Virus record (IMG/VR): IMGVR_UViG_3300033512_000217
Coordinates: 1-40,903 of that record
Strand: one strand, 5' to 3'
DNA: 40,903 nucleotides
From: a virus
Taxonomy: Duplodnaviria; Caudoviricetes
The position numbers were made by a program, and so were the translations under genes. Below the pieces are notes generated by a model. That model did not search any database and was not told the DNA's origin. It was given only the letters and a program-made list of their open reading frames with translations. This document shows positions 25,550 to 33,843 of this stretch, piece by piece. Within the stretch, counting starts at the first letter, position 1. The number at the start of each line of letters is the position of its first letter.

Positions 25550-25572
25550 TTACATCTATAGGAGAGTTGTTA

Positions 25573-27858
25573 ATGAAGGCATCTATTATTAAGTTATTAC
25601 AAGAACGTTATTTTTTACCTAATGAAATCTCATGGTATGATATTGCAGAAAGAGTCAGTGTTATCTATCCTCCCATACAGGATAATATTCAGAATTTAGA
25701 GTTTATACCTTCATCCCCTACCCTTATGAACTGTAATACACGAGGACATAAAAGTGGTACGCTGTCTTCTTGTTTTACTATGAAAATTGAAGATAGTATT
25801 GAGGGTATATTTGATGCGGTGAAGGAAGCAGCTACTGTAACGAAAAATGGGGGGGGAGTAGGCTATGATTTCTCTACTTTACGTAGTAGTAGCGAATTAG
25901 TTAGCGGTATCAGTCGTCCTTCTTCCGGTCCATTACCTTTTATAAACATATTTAATGCTACACTAGACGGTATAATGCAGGGAGGTGTTAGAAGAGGTGC
26001 GGGTATGGGGATGCTTGATATCAATCATCCTAATATTCTTGATTTTATCGAGGCTAAATCTGTACCTGGAGCTTTTACAAGACTAAATTTTTCTATACGT
26101 ACTACAGATAGATTTTATGAGCAACTTACCTCTGCGCCAGATACTACCTGGATGGTTAAGGACCGAACGTCTGAAAAAGAGTATCCTCTAAAAGATAAGG
26201 ATGGGGTGGAAGTTACTACTCAGAGGCTGTGGGATATTATTATCGATAGAGCATGGGCAACAGCTGAGCCCGGGATATTTAATTCGGATATAGCATTTAG
26301 ACAATGTAGTGTAACAAATGTTGATAGAAACGTGCTTTCAAATCCATGTAGCGAATACGTTTCAATTCCTTATGGATCATGTAATCTTGGTTCAATTAAC
26401 CTAACTAAGTTTGTAACAGGTAAAAAGTTTGATTGGGTTAAGTTTGAAGAAGTAATTATTAAAGCTACTCGTTTTCTTGATTGTGTAATTGATGCCAACA
26501 AGTTTCCTATTGAAAAAATTAAAGAAACTACTCTTAAAATTCGTCCAGTCGGATTAGGTTATATGGGTATGGCGCATGCATTATATAAGAAAGAAGTTCC
26601 TTATAATTCAGAAAAAGGATTTAAGTTTATTGAGGAAATAACCCGATACTTAACACTACGCTCTATGCAAGAGTCTATAGAGATGGCTAAAGAACATGGG
26701 CATTACGAAGCATTTGATTATGATACCTATATGAAAGCTAATGAGCGTTTCTTTAATAAAGGTAATTGTCGTGAATTGGATATCGAACAAATGAAAGCTG
26801 ATATTAAAAAATATGGTGTAAGAAATTCTGTTACAACTTCTATCGCACCCACAGGGTCGATAGGGTTTATTGCAGATGCTTCTTCGGGTATTGAGCCAGT
26901 ATTCGCTTTAACGTATATGCGGCGTATTGAGAAAGAGAATAAGACTCATGAAGTAGTTTATATTTCAGATCCTATTTTTGAAGAATATCTTAATAAACAT
27001 TTTAATGAAGAAGAGCGAATTAAGATTCAAGAAAATGTTACAAACAATAGCGGTAGTTGTCAGAAATGCGACCTTCTCACGGAAGAACAAAAAAAGATAT
27101 TTGTTGTAGCGGGAGATATTACTCCTATGGATCACCTTGAGGCTTTAGCTCGTACCGCAGTTAATTGCTCAACATCGGTCAGCAAGACCATAAATTTGCC
27201 TAAAGATATTTCTAAAGAAGAAGTTGCTAAGGTATATATAGAGGCCTATAAAAAAGGAATAATTGGAGTGACTGTATACCGGGATGGTTGTAGGGAGGGG
27301 ATTCTTATTCATAAGGTAGACGATCGTCCTTCAGATATTGTCTATCACCATTCTCCTAAACGATTACACGAGATGCCTTGTGACGTTCATCGAATAACGT
27401 ATAAAGGTGAGAAGTGGATTGCTTTTGTTGGTTTATTTAATGACAAGCCTTTTGAGATTTTCTGTGGTAAGGTAGACGAGATCAATTTATCTAAGCATAT
27501 TGAGCACGGCAAGATTATTAAAGTATCTAGAGGACACTATTCGTTTATGCATGATGATGAGATACTTATTAAGGATATTGCTAAGACCTTTAATAATGAG
27601 GATAACGATGACTTTGCTCGTGCTATTTCTTTGTCACTACGAAGTGGAATTATGCTTGAACACCTTTGTGACACTTTGAATAAATCAAAAGGTGATATCA
27701 CAAAGTTTAGTAAATTACTTGCACGTACATTAAAACATTATATTAAAGATGGAACTACTGCTTCTGGTAAATGTGAAAAATGCGGAAGTAAATTAGTGTA
27801 TAAAGATGGCTGCATAAGTTGTGAGAACCCTGAGTGCGGTTGGAGCAAATGCGGTTAG
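25573..27858 (+). CDS. nrdJ: Ribonucleotide reductase, class II (adenosylcobalamin-dependent)
   Basis: FIPSSPTLMN, LSSCF, GGGVG, QGGVRRGAGM, EPG, SNPCSE, CNLGSINL, SIAPTG, SKTINLP, TVYRDG; C-terminal TSCPD-like domain and zinc ribbon; no beta-subunit gene nearby. Confidence 0.92.
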   Translation: MKASIIKLLQERYFLPNEISWYDIAERVSVIYPPIQDNIQNLEFIPSSPTLMNCNTRGHKSGTLSSCFTMKIEDSIEGIFDAVKEAATVTKNGGGVGYDFSTLRSSSELVSGISRPSSGPLPFINIFNATLDGIMQGGVRRGAGMGMLDINHPNILDFIEAKSVPGAFTRLNFSIRTTDRFYEQLTSAPDTTWMVKDRTSEKEYPLKDKDGVEVTTQRLWDIIIDRAWATAEPGIFNSDIAFRQCSVTNVDRNVLSNPCSEYVSIPYGSCNLGSINLTKFVTGKKFDWVKFEEVIIKATRFLDCVIDANKFPIEKIKETTLKIRPVGLGYMGMAHALYKKEVPYNSEKGFKFIEEITRYLTLRSMQESIEMAKEHGHYEAFDYDTYMKANERFFNKGNCRELDIEQMKADIKKYGVRNSVTTSIAPTGSIGFIADASSGIEPVFALTYMRRIEKENKTHEVVYISDPIFEEYLNKHFNEEERIKIQENVTNNSGSCQKCDLLTEEQKKIFVVAGDITPMDHLEALARTAVNCSTSVSKTINLPKDISKEEVAKVYIEAYKKGIIGVTVYRDGCREGILIHKVDDRPSDIVYHHSPKRLHEMPCDVHRITYKGEKWIAFVGLFNDKPFEIFCGKVDEINLSKHIEHGKIIKVSRGHYSFMHDDEILIKDIAKTFNNEDNDDFARAISLSLRSGIMLEHLCDTLNKSKGDITKFSKLLARTLKHYIKDGTTASGKCEKCGSKLVYKDGCISCENPECGWSKCG

Positions 27859-27891
27859 TTTTTAATTTTCAAATAAAAGAGGTTATATTAT
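27859..27891 (+). promoter_or_regulatory. TTTAAT-N17-TATATT promoter
   Basis: TTTTTAATT 27859-27867, TTATATTAT 27883-27891. Confidence 0.6.
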
Positions 27892-28033
27892 GGAACAAAT
27901 GGTAGAAGCAAGAGTAGGTGGAGTTCAGACACAAATTACTCAACAACAATTAAATGAGTATATGTCTAATCCAAAGTTCAAAGTTATTTGTGAAGCTGGT
28001 GTGTATCGTATTCTTGAAAAAATGGAAGGTTAG
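27890..28033 (+). CDS. Hypothetical protein (47 aa)
   Basis: Manual translation MEQMVEARVGGVQTQITQQQLNEYMSNPKFKVICEAGVYRILEKMEG; AGAGG RBS. Confidence 0.55.
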   Translation: MEQMVEARVGGVQTQITQQQLNEYMSNPKFKVICEAGVYRILEKMEG

Positions 28034-28035
28034 AA

Positions 28036-28395
28036 ATGCCTTTGTTATCAGACAAAGAAAAATTGTATGTCGAAAGAATTGCTGCCGTATCTCGTAAGGA
28101 TAAATCAGCAGTTATCGACGTACTTAGAGCCTGTTTAATTTCAGGTACTATTGAGTTGCTTTGTGGTAAGGAAGAAATATCAATTCCTTTTATATGTGAT
28201 TTAAAAATTTCATATAATGACAGAATCACAAAGCAAGGTGTAGTTACAGACATTCAAATGGAAGCTACTCCTAATCGTGGGCTGGTTGATGAGATTGTTG
28301 CTATATCTGACGGCGAGGAAACTCCATCAGAACAGTACTTCAAGAAAGGTATCAACAGCAAACTTAAAAGTTTACTTGATATAGAGAATGTATAG
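28036..28395 (+). CDS. Divergent HU/IHF-like DNA-binding protein
   Basis: ERIAAVSRKDKSAVIDVLRA...LLCGKEEISIPFICDLKI...ATPNRGLVDEI follows the HU helix-helix-strand pattern. Confidence 0.45.
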   Translation: MPLLSDKEKLYVERIAAVSRKDKSAVIDVLRACLISGTIELLCGKEEISIPFICDLKISYNDRITKQGVVTDIQMEATPNRGLVDEIVAISDGEETPSEQYFKKGINSKLKSLLDIENV

Positions 28396-28773
28396 ATGCG
28401 ATATGTAATATTTTGTCAAACACCTTATAACACCGTAAGATATATGACCAATGATATGCAAGATTACACCTCTATGTCTTATGACAAGTTTTTAAGGATG
28501 CTCATGACGTTTCCTTGTAGAGATTATAAAGACATACGGGATCATCTTGATACGTTTCATAGTATTGTTCTTAATCTTGATAATGGTGAATATGAGCAAT
28601 TGAAACCAGAAGAAAGCAAAGCAACATTTAATGATTTATTGAAACTCAATCCTGATGCGAATCTTGTTAAGGAAGAAGAAATTAAGACCGACCCTATTTT
28701 GAGTAAAAGAACTTTTGTTGATAATCTTTTTAATTGGAGAAAGAAGAATGATAATGTCAATCGATATCGATGA
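28396..28773 (+). CDS. Hypothetical protein (125 aa)
   Basis: Abuts the previous stop (TAGATG). Confidence 0.7.
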   Translation: MRYVIFCQTPYNTVRYMTNDMQDYTSMSYDKFLRMLMTFPCRDYKDIRDHLDTFHSIVLNLDNGEYEQLKPEESKATFNDLLKLNPDANLVKEEEIKTDPILSKRTFVDNLFNWRKKNDNVNRYR

Positions 28774-29008
28774 GAATGACGAAGAGTCATTTAAGATTTC
28801 TGAAACCATTGAAGTAATCTCTCATAATGGTAATGCTTTTATTATGACGGATGAAGATACATTTGCGTTATTTTCTGTAAATCAATTTTTAAAATCAGAA
28901 GATATTGGTTATACTTATACTGAGGGTGAAAGTACTCTTATTGTAACTGATGAACAATATGATATGATTAAAGTTTTGTTTGAACAAGGTAAAGTTAAGG
29001 AGAAATAA
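28748..29008 (+). CDS. Acidic hypothetical protein
   Basis: GGAGA RBS at 28736 favours ATG 28748. Confidence 0.65.
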   Translation: MIMSIDIDENDEESFKISETIEVISHNGNAFIMTDEDTFALFSVNQFLKSEDIGYTYTEGESTLIVTDEQYDMIKVLFEQGKVKEK

Positions 29009-29009
29009 G

Positions 29010-30098
29010 TTGATTGCTTCTCAACAACAAATTCTTTCTGCATTAAACAGATTAGGAATTAAACATCAAAAGAATATAACATCCAAAGGATGGTTAGGAA
29101 TCATATGTCCTAATCCATCACATAATGATAAAGAGTTTGGAAATGCTTCTATCAATATGTCGAATGGTGTTGTAAGTTGTTTTAGTTGTGGGTATAAACG
29201 ACATATAGTTGGTGTTATACAGGATCAGCTTCATATTGATTTTAAGGAAGCTTGTCAATACATGGAGAATGACTGTATAAATTATTCTTCAGTAATAACT
29301 CCTGCTCCCCAAAGACGAAAAGTAAAAGTAGAGAAAATACAGTATGATCATATGTCTGTTGCCTTTAATCCTGATAATTATCATTATACAAAGTCTCGTG
29401 GATTTACCAAAGAGTTTTGTGATACATTTAATGTGCATAGAATCATTTCTCGTTATAACTCAGAGTATTTCTGTATACCCATTATAGATACGTATAAAGG
29501 TATTCATGAGTATGAGTTCAGAAAGCTGGAAGCATATGAGATTATACAGAAACGATTCGGTAGTGATGAAGCATGGAAAGCATTCAAAAAAGAAAATGAA
29601 TTGAATTATTCAGAAGGTAAATTGTATTCAGGCGATATAGAATTGTATGATGAAGAACTTGTTTACCTTATGCGTCCTAAAACACTATATAAATTTGATT
29701 CAAGAGTAGATGAAACATTATGGAATATAGATAACCTTGACTATGATGATGCTTTGTTTGTGTTTGAGGGTTTGGGGTCAATTCCTAAGACATGGCAGTA
29801 TGTAAGCAAAAATGTTACTGCTGTATTCGGTTCAAACATATCTCAAGCTCAGATTGACTACATGAAAAGATTCTATAGAGTACTTTATGTCCCAGATTTT
29901 GACCAAGCAGGGTATAAAACAGTAAAACAACTGAACGGTTTAATACCAAAACTTTTTATTGTTGACTTAGAAGGAATAGAAGATACTGATGACATATTCG
30001 TAGACAAGATTAAAGGTACTGAAGTTTTAACTACCTCAGAGTACATAATGAAATATTGTAAGAAGTTTGAAAGTCAATTTAAGAAGGGGTTGTTTTAA
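29010..30098 (+). CDS. DNA primase (CHC2 zinc finger + TOPRIM)
   Basis: CPNPSHND...CFSC, VFEG, AVFGS, PDFDQAG; TTG start 29010 after AAGGAG. Confidence 0.88.
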   Translation: MIASQQQILSALNRLGIKHQKNITSKGWLGIICPNPSHNDKEFGNASINMSNGVVSCFSCGYKRHIVGVIQDQLHIDFKEACQYMENDCINYSSVITPAPQRRKVKVEKIQYDHMSVAFNPDNYHYTKSRGFTKEFCDTFNVHRIISRYNSEYFCIPIIDTYKGIHEYEFRKLEAYEIIQKRFGSDEAWKAFKKENELNYSEGKLYSGDIELYDEELVYLMRPKTLYKFDSRVDETLWNIDNLDYDDALFVFEGLGSIPKTWQYVSKNVTAVFGSNISQAQIDYMKRFYRVLYVPDFDQAGYKTVKQLNGLIPKLFIVDLEGIEDTDDIFVDKIKGTEVLTTSEYIMKYCKKFESQFKKGLF

Positions 30099-30191
30099 AT
30101 GGCTGATTATTGTGTAGAATGCGGTAAGGAATTGGAGATCTGGGAAAAGATCATATGCTCTGATTGTGAAGAAATTTATGAAAATAAATAA
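30099..30191 (+). CDS. 30-aa zinc-ribbon peptide
   Basis: MADYCVECGKELEIWEKIICSDCEEIYENK, coupled to the primase stop. Confidence 0.5.
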   Translation: MADYCVECGKELEIWEKIICSDCEEIYENK

Positions 30192-30249
30192 TTTAATTTT
30201 AATATAAATTTCTTACAGTTTGTATATAGAAAAAAGTTAGAGAAACTGA

Positions 30250-30311
30250 GAAAAAGTGTTGCATTTTAAATTGATATATACATATAATGTATTATAAGGT
30301 AGTTAACTACC
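30250..30311 (+). promoter_or_regulatory. Sigma70-type (early) promoter followed by a perfect 14-bp palindrome
   Basis: AAAAAGTG-TTGCAT-18 nt-TATAAT; GGTAGTTAACTACC at 30298-30311. Confidence 0.55.
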
Positions 30312-30335
30312 AAATTTAATTAAGGAGCATTCAAT

Positions 30336-30512
30336 ATGAAATGCAAATTCTGTAACAACACTATCGAAGAAGGAAAAGAAGGTTATCTGGCTTATCTCGA
30401 TGATGAGGAGTTTTCACGTCTTCAATCATTACGTTTGGAGAAAGGACAAAATCTTTGTATTTCTTGTAAAAAAGAGATAATGTTTGCTGGTTTGGATGTA
30501 GTTTTGGGTTGA
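30336..30512 (+). CDS. Small zinc-finger protein (58 aa)
   Basis: AAGGAG RBS; MKCKFC...LCISC. Confidence 0.65.
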   Translation: MKCKFCNNTIEEGKEGYLAYLDDEEFSRLQSLRLEKGQNLCISCKKEIMFAGLDVVLG

Positions 30513-30532
30513 TACTTTTTTTGAAAAAGTTC

Positions 30533-30591
30533 AAAAAAGTGCTTGACTTTTGTGTACCTATTCTATATATTCTATATATGGAATGGGTATT
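30533..30591 (+). promoter_or_regulatory. Sigma70-type (early) promoter overlapped by an inverted repeat
   Basis: AAAAAAGTGC-TTGACT-17 nt-TATATT; arms TACCTATTCTATATA / TATATGGAATGGGTA. Confidence 0.65.
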
Positions 30592-30618
30592 CCAATAATT
30601 AAGGAAGGAGAAAATAGC

Positions 30619-30885
30619 ATGAAAATCACAGTTAATTCATTTAAAAAGGTTAGTGACAAATTAGCAATTATTGAATTAGATTTTCTTGATGAAAGGGATA
30701 ATTCAATAATGGTTGTACCTTTTAATTACGTAGTTTGCTATAAAGACGATTGTGAATGTAATGATTATGATCTGTTTGATCAGAATGGAATACAAAAATT
30801 TATAACTGGAATTAAATGGCCAACATACGATTCAGAGATCGGTAGAAAAATAAAAGAATTTGATCTTAAAGGAGGAATAATATGA
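30619..30885 (+). CDS. Hypothetical protein (early gene)
   Basis: AAGGAG RBS favours ATG 30619 (MKITVNSF) over the upstream TTG. Confidence 0.7.
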   Translation: MKITVNSFKKVSDKLAIIELDFLDERDNSIMVVPFNYVVCYKDDCECNDYDLFDQNGIQKFITGIKWPTYDSEIGRKIKEFDLKGGII

Positions 30886-31091
30886 ACTTGTTTGAAGGTA
30901 ACAGGGAATTTGAACATGGCGATCATAAATTTGCATTAGTTTATGATACGACTTTAGAGTGTTACAAATTAAGTCATTTCGTTAATAATGGTCACAGCTA
31001 TTTGGGTTACGGCTACGATCTTGCTAACAGAAATGCAGCAGAGATTTGGGCATCAGAAATGATAAGTGGGGTTCTAAATGCAATTAACTAG
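30882..31091 (+). CDS. Hypothetical protein (69 aa)
   Basis: AGGAGG RBS, ATGA overlap. Confidence 0.7.
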   Translation: MNLFEGNREFEHGDHKFALVYDTTLECYKLSHFVNNGHSYLGYGYDLANRNAAEIWASEMISGVLNAIN

Positions 31092-32358
31092 ATTACAAGA
31101 CTTATGCGATGAGTTAAATGAATCAAATTCAACTCTTGACAAGAAAGCGGTATTGAAAAAGTTTTCTGATTTGAGAGATGATTTATCTTTGATATATGAT
31201 CCATTTAAGATGTTTGGAGTAACTTCTGATGCTTCAAAAAAGAACTCAAAACTTACTTCCAATAGAGTATACAAAAATTTGACCGAATTACTTAATGATC
31301 TATCTGATAGGGTAATTACAGGCCATGAAGCTATTGGTTCTGTGAATAAGTTTATAGAAGAAAATAGTGAGTATGAAGAATTGATTTATAATATCATTGA
31401 TAAGGATTTGAAAACTCGCGCAGGAATTAAACTTATTAATGACGTATTTCCAAACTGCATTCCTCAATTTGAGGTAGTTTTGGCAAACGGTTTTAAGGAT
31501 TATAAAAAGGATATTTTTAAGGAAGATTTTTACGTCAGTACTAAACTTGATGGATGCCGTCTTATTACAATTATAGATGAGAACGGAGATACTAAATTCT
31601 ATTCTCGTGAAGGGAAAGAGTTTCTTACTCTTGACGTATTGAAAAAAGAGATTGAGTCTCTTAAAATGAAAAATATGGTTCTTGATGGAGAAGTGTGTAT
31701 TATAGATGAGGATGGTAATGAGAATTTTCAGAGCATCGTAAGTCTCGTAAAACGAAAAGACTATACCATAGAAAATCCTAAATACCTTTTGTTTGACATA
31801 CTCAAGAAAGAAGATTTTCTTGCTGGTAGTTCTGATTCTATATTTGAAGACCGCTATGAAATATTAAATGAACTGCTTTACAGCTATAAAGGAAATTGTC
31901 TTACTGTTCTACAACAAACAAAAGTAGAATCTCAGGAACAGCTTGATGCGTTTATTGCTAAAGCTCGTGAAGATAAACGTGAGGGGTTGATATTGCGTAG
32001 AAATACTTTTTACAAGTCAGGTAGAAGTAACGACTTATTAAAAATTAAGGATTTCAGTGATGCAGAATATGTAGTAGAAGATGTAGAATTTGGACCTTTT
32101 CGAATGATTAAAGATGGAAAAGAGTTTACAGAGGAAACGCTGTGCGCCGTTAAGATCAAACATAAAGGTAATGTAGTTTCTGTTGGTAGTGGCTTTTCTT
32201 TTGAACAACGAAAAGCATTCTACAATGATCCTTCATTGATAAAAGGAATGACTATTACGGTCCAGTATTTTTCGGAGAGTACTAACAAGGATGGCAAAAT
32301 GTCATTACGGTTTCCTATATTTAAGGGAATAGTAGGTAAAGGAAAAAGGGATATATGA
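31078..32358 (+). CDS. ATP-dependent DNA ligase
   Basis: KLDGCR (adenylation Lys), LDGE, LFD, EGLILR, LLKIK, VGSGFS, LRFPIF. Confidence 0.95.
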   Translation: MQLTRLQDLCDELNESNSTLDKKAVLKKFSDLRDDLSLIYDPFKMFGVTSDASKKNSKLTSNRVYKNLTELLNDLSDRVITGHEAIGSVNKFIEENSEYEELIYNIIDKDLKTRAGIKLINDVFPNCIPQFEVVLANGFKDYKKDIFKEDFYVSTKLDGCRLITIIDENGDTKFYSREGKEFLTLDVLKKEIESLKMKNMVLDGEVCIIDEDGNENFQSIVSLVKRKDYTIENPKYLLFDILKKEDFLAGSSDSIFEDRYEILNELLYSYKGNCLTVLQQTKVESQEQLDAFIAKAREDKREGLILRRNTFYKSGRSNDLLKIKDFSDAEYVVEDVEFGPFRMIKDGKEFTEETLCAVKIKHKGNVVSVGSGFSFEQRKAFYNDPSLIKGMTITVQYFSESTNKDGKMSLRFPIFKGIVGKGKRDI

Positions 32359-32582
32359 GTAACATAATAGACCACCCTGAGCATTACGGCGGGGCGGATA
32401 ATACTTACGAGGCTATCAAAGTCATCGAAGCATGGGGTTTGAATTTCTGCTTGGGTAATGTAGTGAAGTACGTGTCTAGAGCAGGAAAGAAAAAAGATAA
32501 TAACTTATTACAGGATCTTAAAAAAGCAGAATGGTACTTGCAAAGAGAAATTTCTAATATGGAGAAGAGTATTGAAAGTTGA
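32355..32582 (+). CDS. DUF3310 / T7 gp1.7-like nucleotide kinase domain protein
   Basis: IDHPEHYGG...FCLGNVVKYVSRAGKK...DLKKAEWYL. Confidence 0.85.
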   Translation: MSNIIDHPEHYGGADNTYEAIKVIEAWGLNFCLGNVVKYVSRAGKKKDNNLLQDLKKAEWYLQREISNMEKSIES

Positions 32583-33117
32583 ACTTATATCAACAAGCAA
32601 TAACTGGCAAGCAGTCAAAGATAGTACAATGACAACAATCGGCAAAACTACAGGTAAGTATCCTGATAGTGAGTGGAAAAGAAAATTACTACTGTGTGAG
32701 CATAGTCCTATAAGAAAGCTATCAATTTCTTGGAAGTGGATTGACATTTCATATTGGGTATCGGTTCATCTTGTACGTCATAAAATCGGTATAGAGCATT
32801 TTGTAAAGACCCAACGTAGCGATAGAACAGGTGTTGATAGAAATGAATTATCTCAGGGTGCTTTGGTAAATCATGAGTGCGCCGCTAACGCTCAAGCAAT
32901 AATTAACATAAGCAGAAAGCGTTTGTGTTTGTGTGCATCTACAGAAACAAGAGAGGCATGGGCCATGTTTCTTTATTCATTTAAAGAGGTAGAACCTGAG
33001 CTTTTTTCTGTGTGTGTTCCTGACTGCATATACAGGGGAAAGTGTCGAGAATTTAATTCTTGTGGGTTTGATAAAACAGAAAAATTTCAAGAACTATTAG
33101 AAGAGTATCAAAAATAA
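32572..33117 (+). CDS. thyX: Flavin-dependent thymidylate synthase-like (ThyX)
   Basis: EHSPIR, VSVHLVRH, TQRSDR, RLCLCAS, PDCIYRGKC. Confidence 0.75.
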   Translation: MKVELISTSNNWQAVKDSTMTTIGKTTGKYPDSEWKRKLLLCEHSPIRKLSISWKWIDISYWVSVHLVRHKIGIEHFVKTQRSDRTGVDRNELSQGALVNHECAANAQAIINISRKRLCLCASTETREAWAMFLYSFKEVEPELFSVCVPDCIYRGKCREFNSCGFDKTEKFQELLEEYQK

Positions 33118-33150
33118 TTTTTAATTATTTCGATAAATGTATTATATTAT
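33118..33150 (+). promoter_or_regulatory. TTTAAT-N17-TATATT promoter
   Basis: TTTTTAATT 33118-33126, TTATATTAT 33142-33150. Confidence 0.65.
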
Positions 33151-33175
33151 TTTACATTAAAGGAGAAAACTAAAT

Positions 33176-33429
33176 ATGAAAAAGCTATGTCCGACTTGCG
33201 AGAGAGAAAAAGATACCAAGGAATTTTATTCTAATGCTGCACAAAAGACAAGTTATCTACGAGCTGTAAGAAGTGTCAAAAAGACTTTGTTAAGGATCAT
33301 TATGAGAACAACAAAGAATACACGATTGCTTGGGTAGCCCTAAATAAGAAGCGCAAAAAGAATCTCATCACTAAGAAAGAGTTTCGAGAAAAAGTGTCTC
33401 AATTAAAATCAATTTATAAAGGAGTTTAA
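33176..33429 (+). pseudogene. Zinc-finger protein (endonuclease-associated type) split by a -1 frameshift
   Basis: MKKLCPTCEREKDTKEFYSNAAQ continues in the -1 frame as KDKLSTSCKKCQKDFVKDHYENNKE...; break in the A4 run at 33243-33246. Confidence 0.65.
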
Positions 33430-33432
33430 TGA

Positions 33433-33630
33433 ATGATTAAAAACAGTGAAGGTGTAAAGGTATCTGCAAAGATTAAGGCTAAATTGCTTCTTGCAGAATA
33501 TCTTAAAAAGTTTTCTGTTGAAGGGGAATGTGATGATTTTGATGAATTGAAACGCACTGAGCCTTTAAAGATTAAAGAACAAGCAGACAAAATTATTGAG
33601 CGTATGAATAAAGCCTTGGTAATTAAGTAA
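33433..33630 (+). CDS. Hypothetical protein (65 aa)
   Basis: AAGGAG RBS. Confidence 0.65.
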   Translation: MIKNSEGVKVSAKIKAKLLLAEYLKKFSVEGECDDFDELKRTEPLKIKEQADKIIERMNKALVIK

Positions 33631-33779
33631 TGGATAGACCTAACATGTCTCAATGTTCGGAGTCATATTGGACTAAATGGTTTTGGGAAGAAAAGCATAA
33701 ACAATGTATTTCTTGTCAGAATAAATGTTATCAATCTAGTAAAGTAGATCTGAATTGTTCTAAATATCTTAAGAAATAA
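33630..33779 (+). CDS. Small Cys-rich hypothetical protein (49 aa)
   Basis: TAATG overlap; MDRPNMSQCSESYW...CISCQNKCYQSSKVDLNCSKYLKK. Confidence 0.5.
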   Translation: MDRPNMSQCSESYWTKWFWEEKHKQCISCQNKCYQSSKVDLNCSKYLKK

Positions 33780-33828
33780 TTTTTAATTTAGTAACTCCTT
33801 TATTATAATATAAGGGGGTTACTTTTCT
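33780..33828 (+). terminator. Terminator hairpin overlapping a TTTAAT-type promoter for the polymerase gene
   Basis: AGTAACTCCTTTAT / ATAAGGGGGTTACT + TTT; TTTTTAATT 33780-33788 and TTATAATAT in the loop region. Confidence 0.7.
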
Positions 33829-33843
33829 AATAGGAGAATTCTT

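Noticed and set aside
25573-27858. Intein or intron in nrdJ (also checked recA and polA)
   Set aside because: Motifs are contiguous at normal spacing with no C...HN-C/S/T blocks
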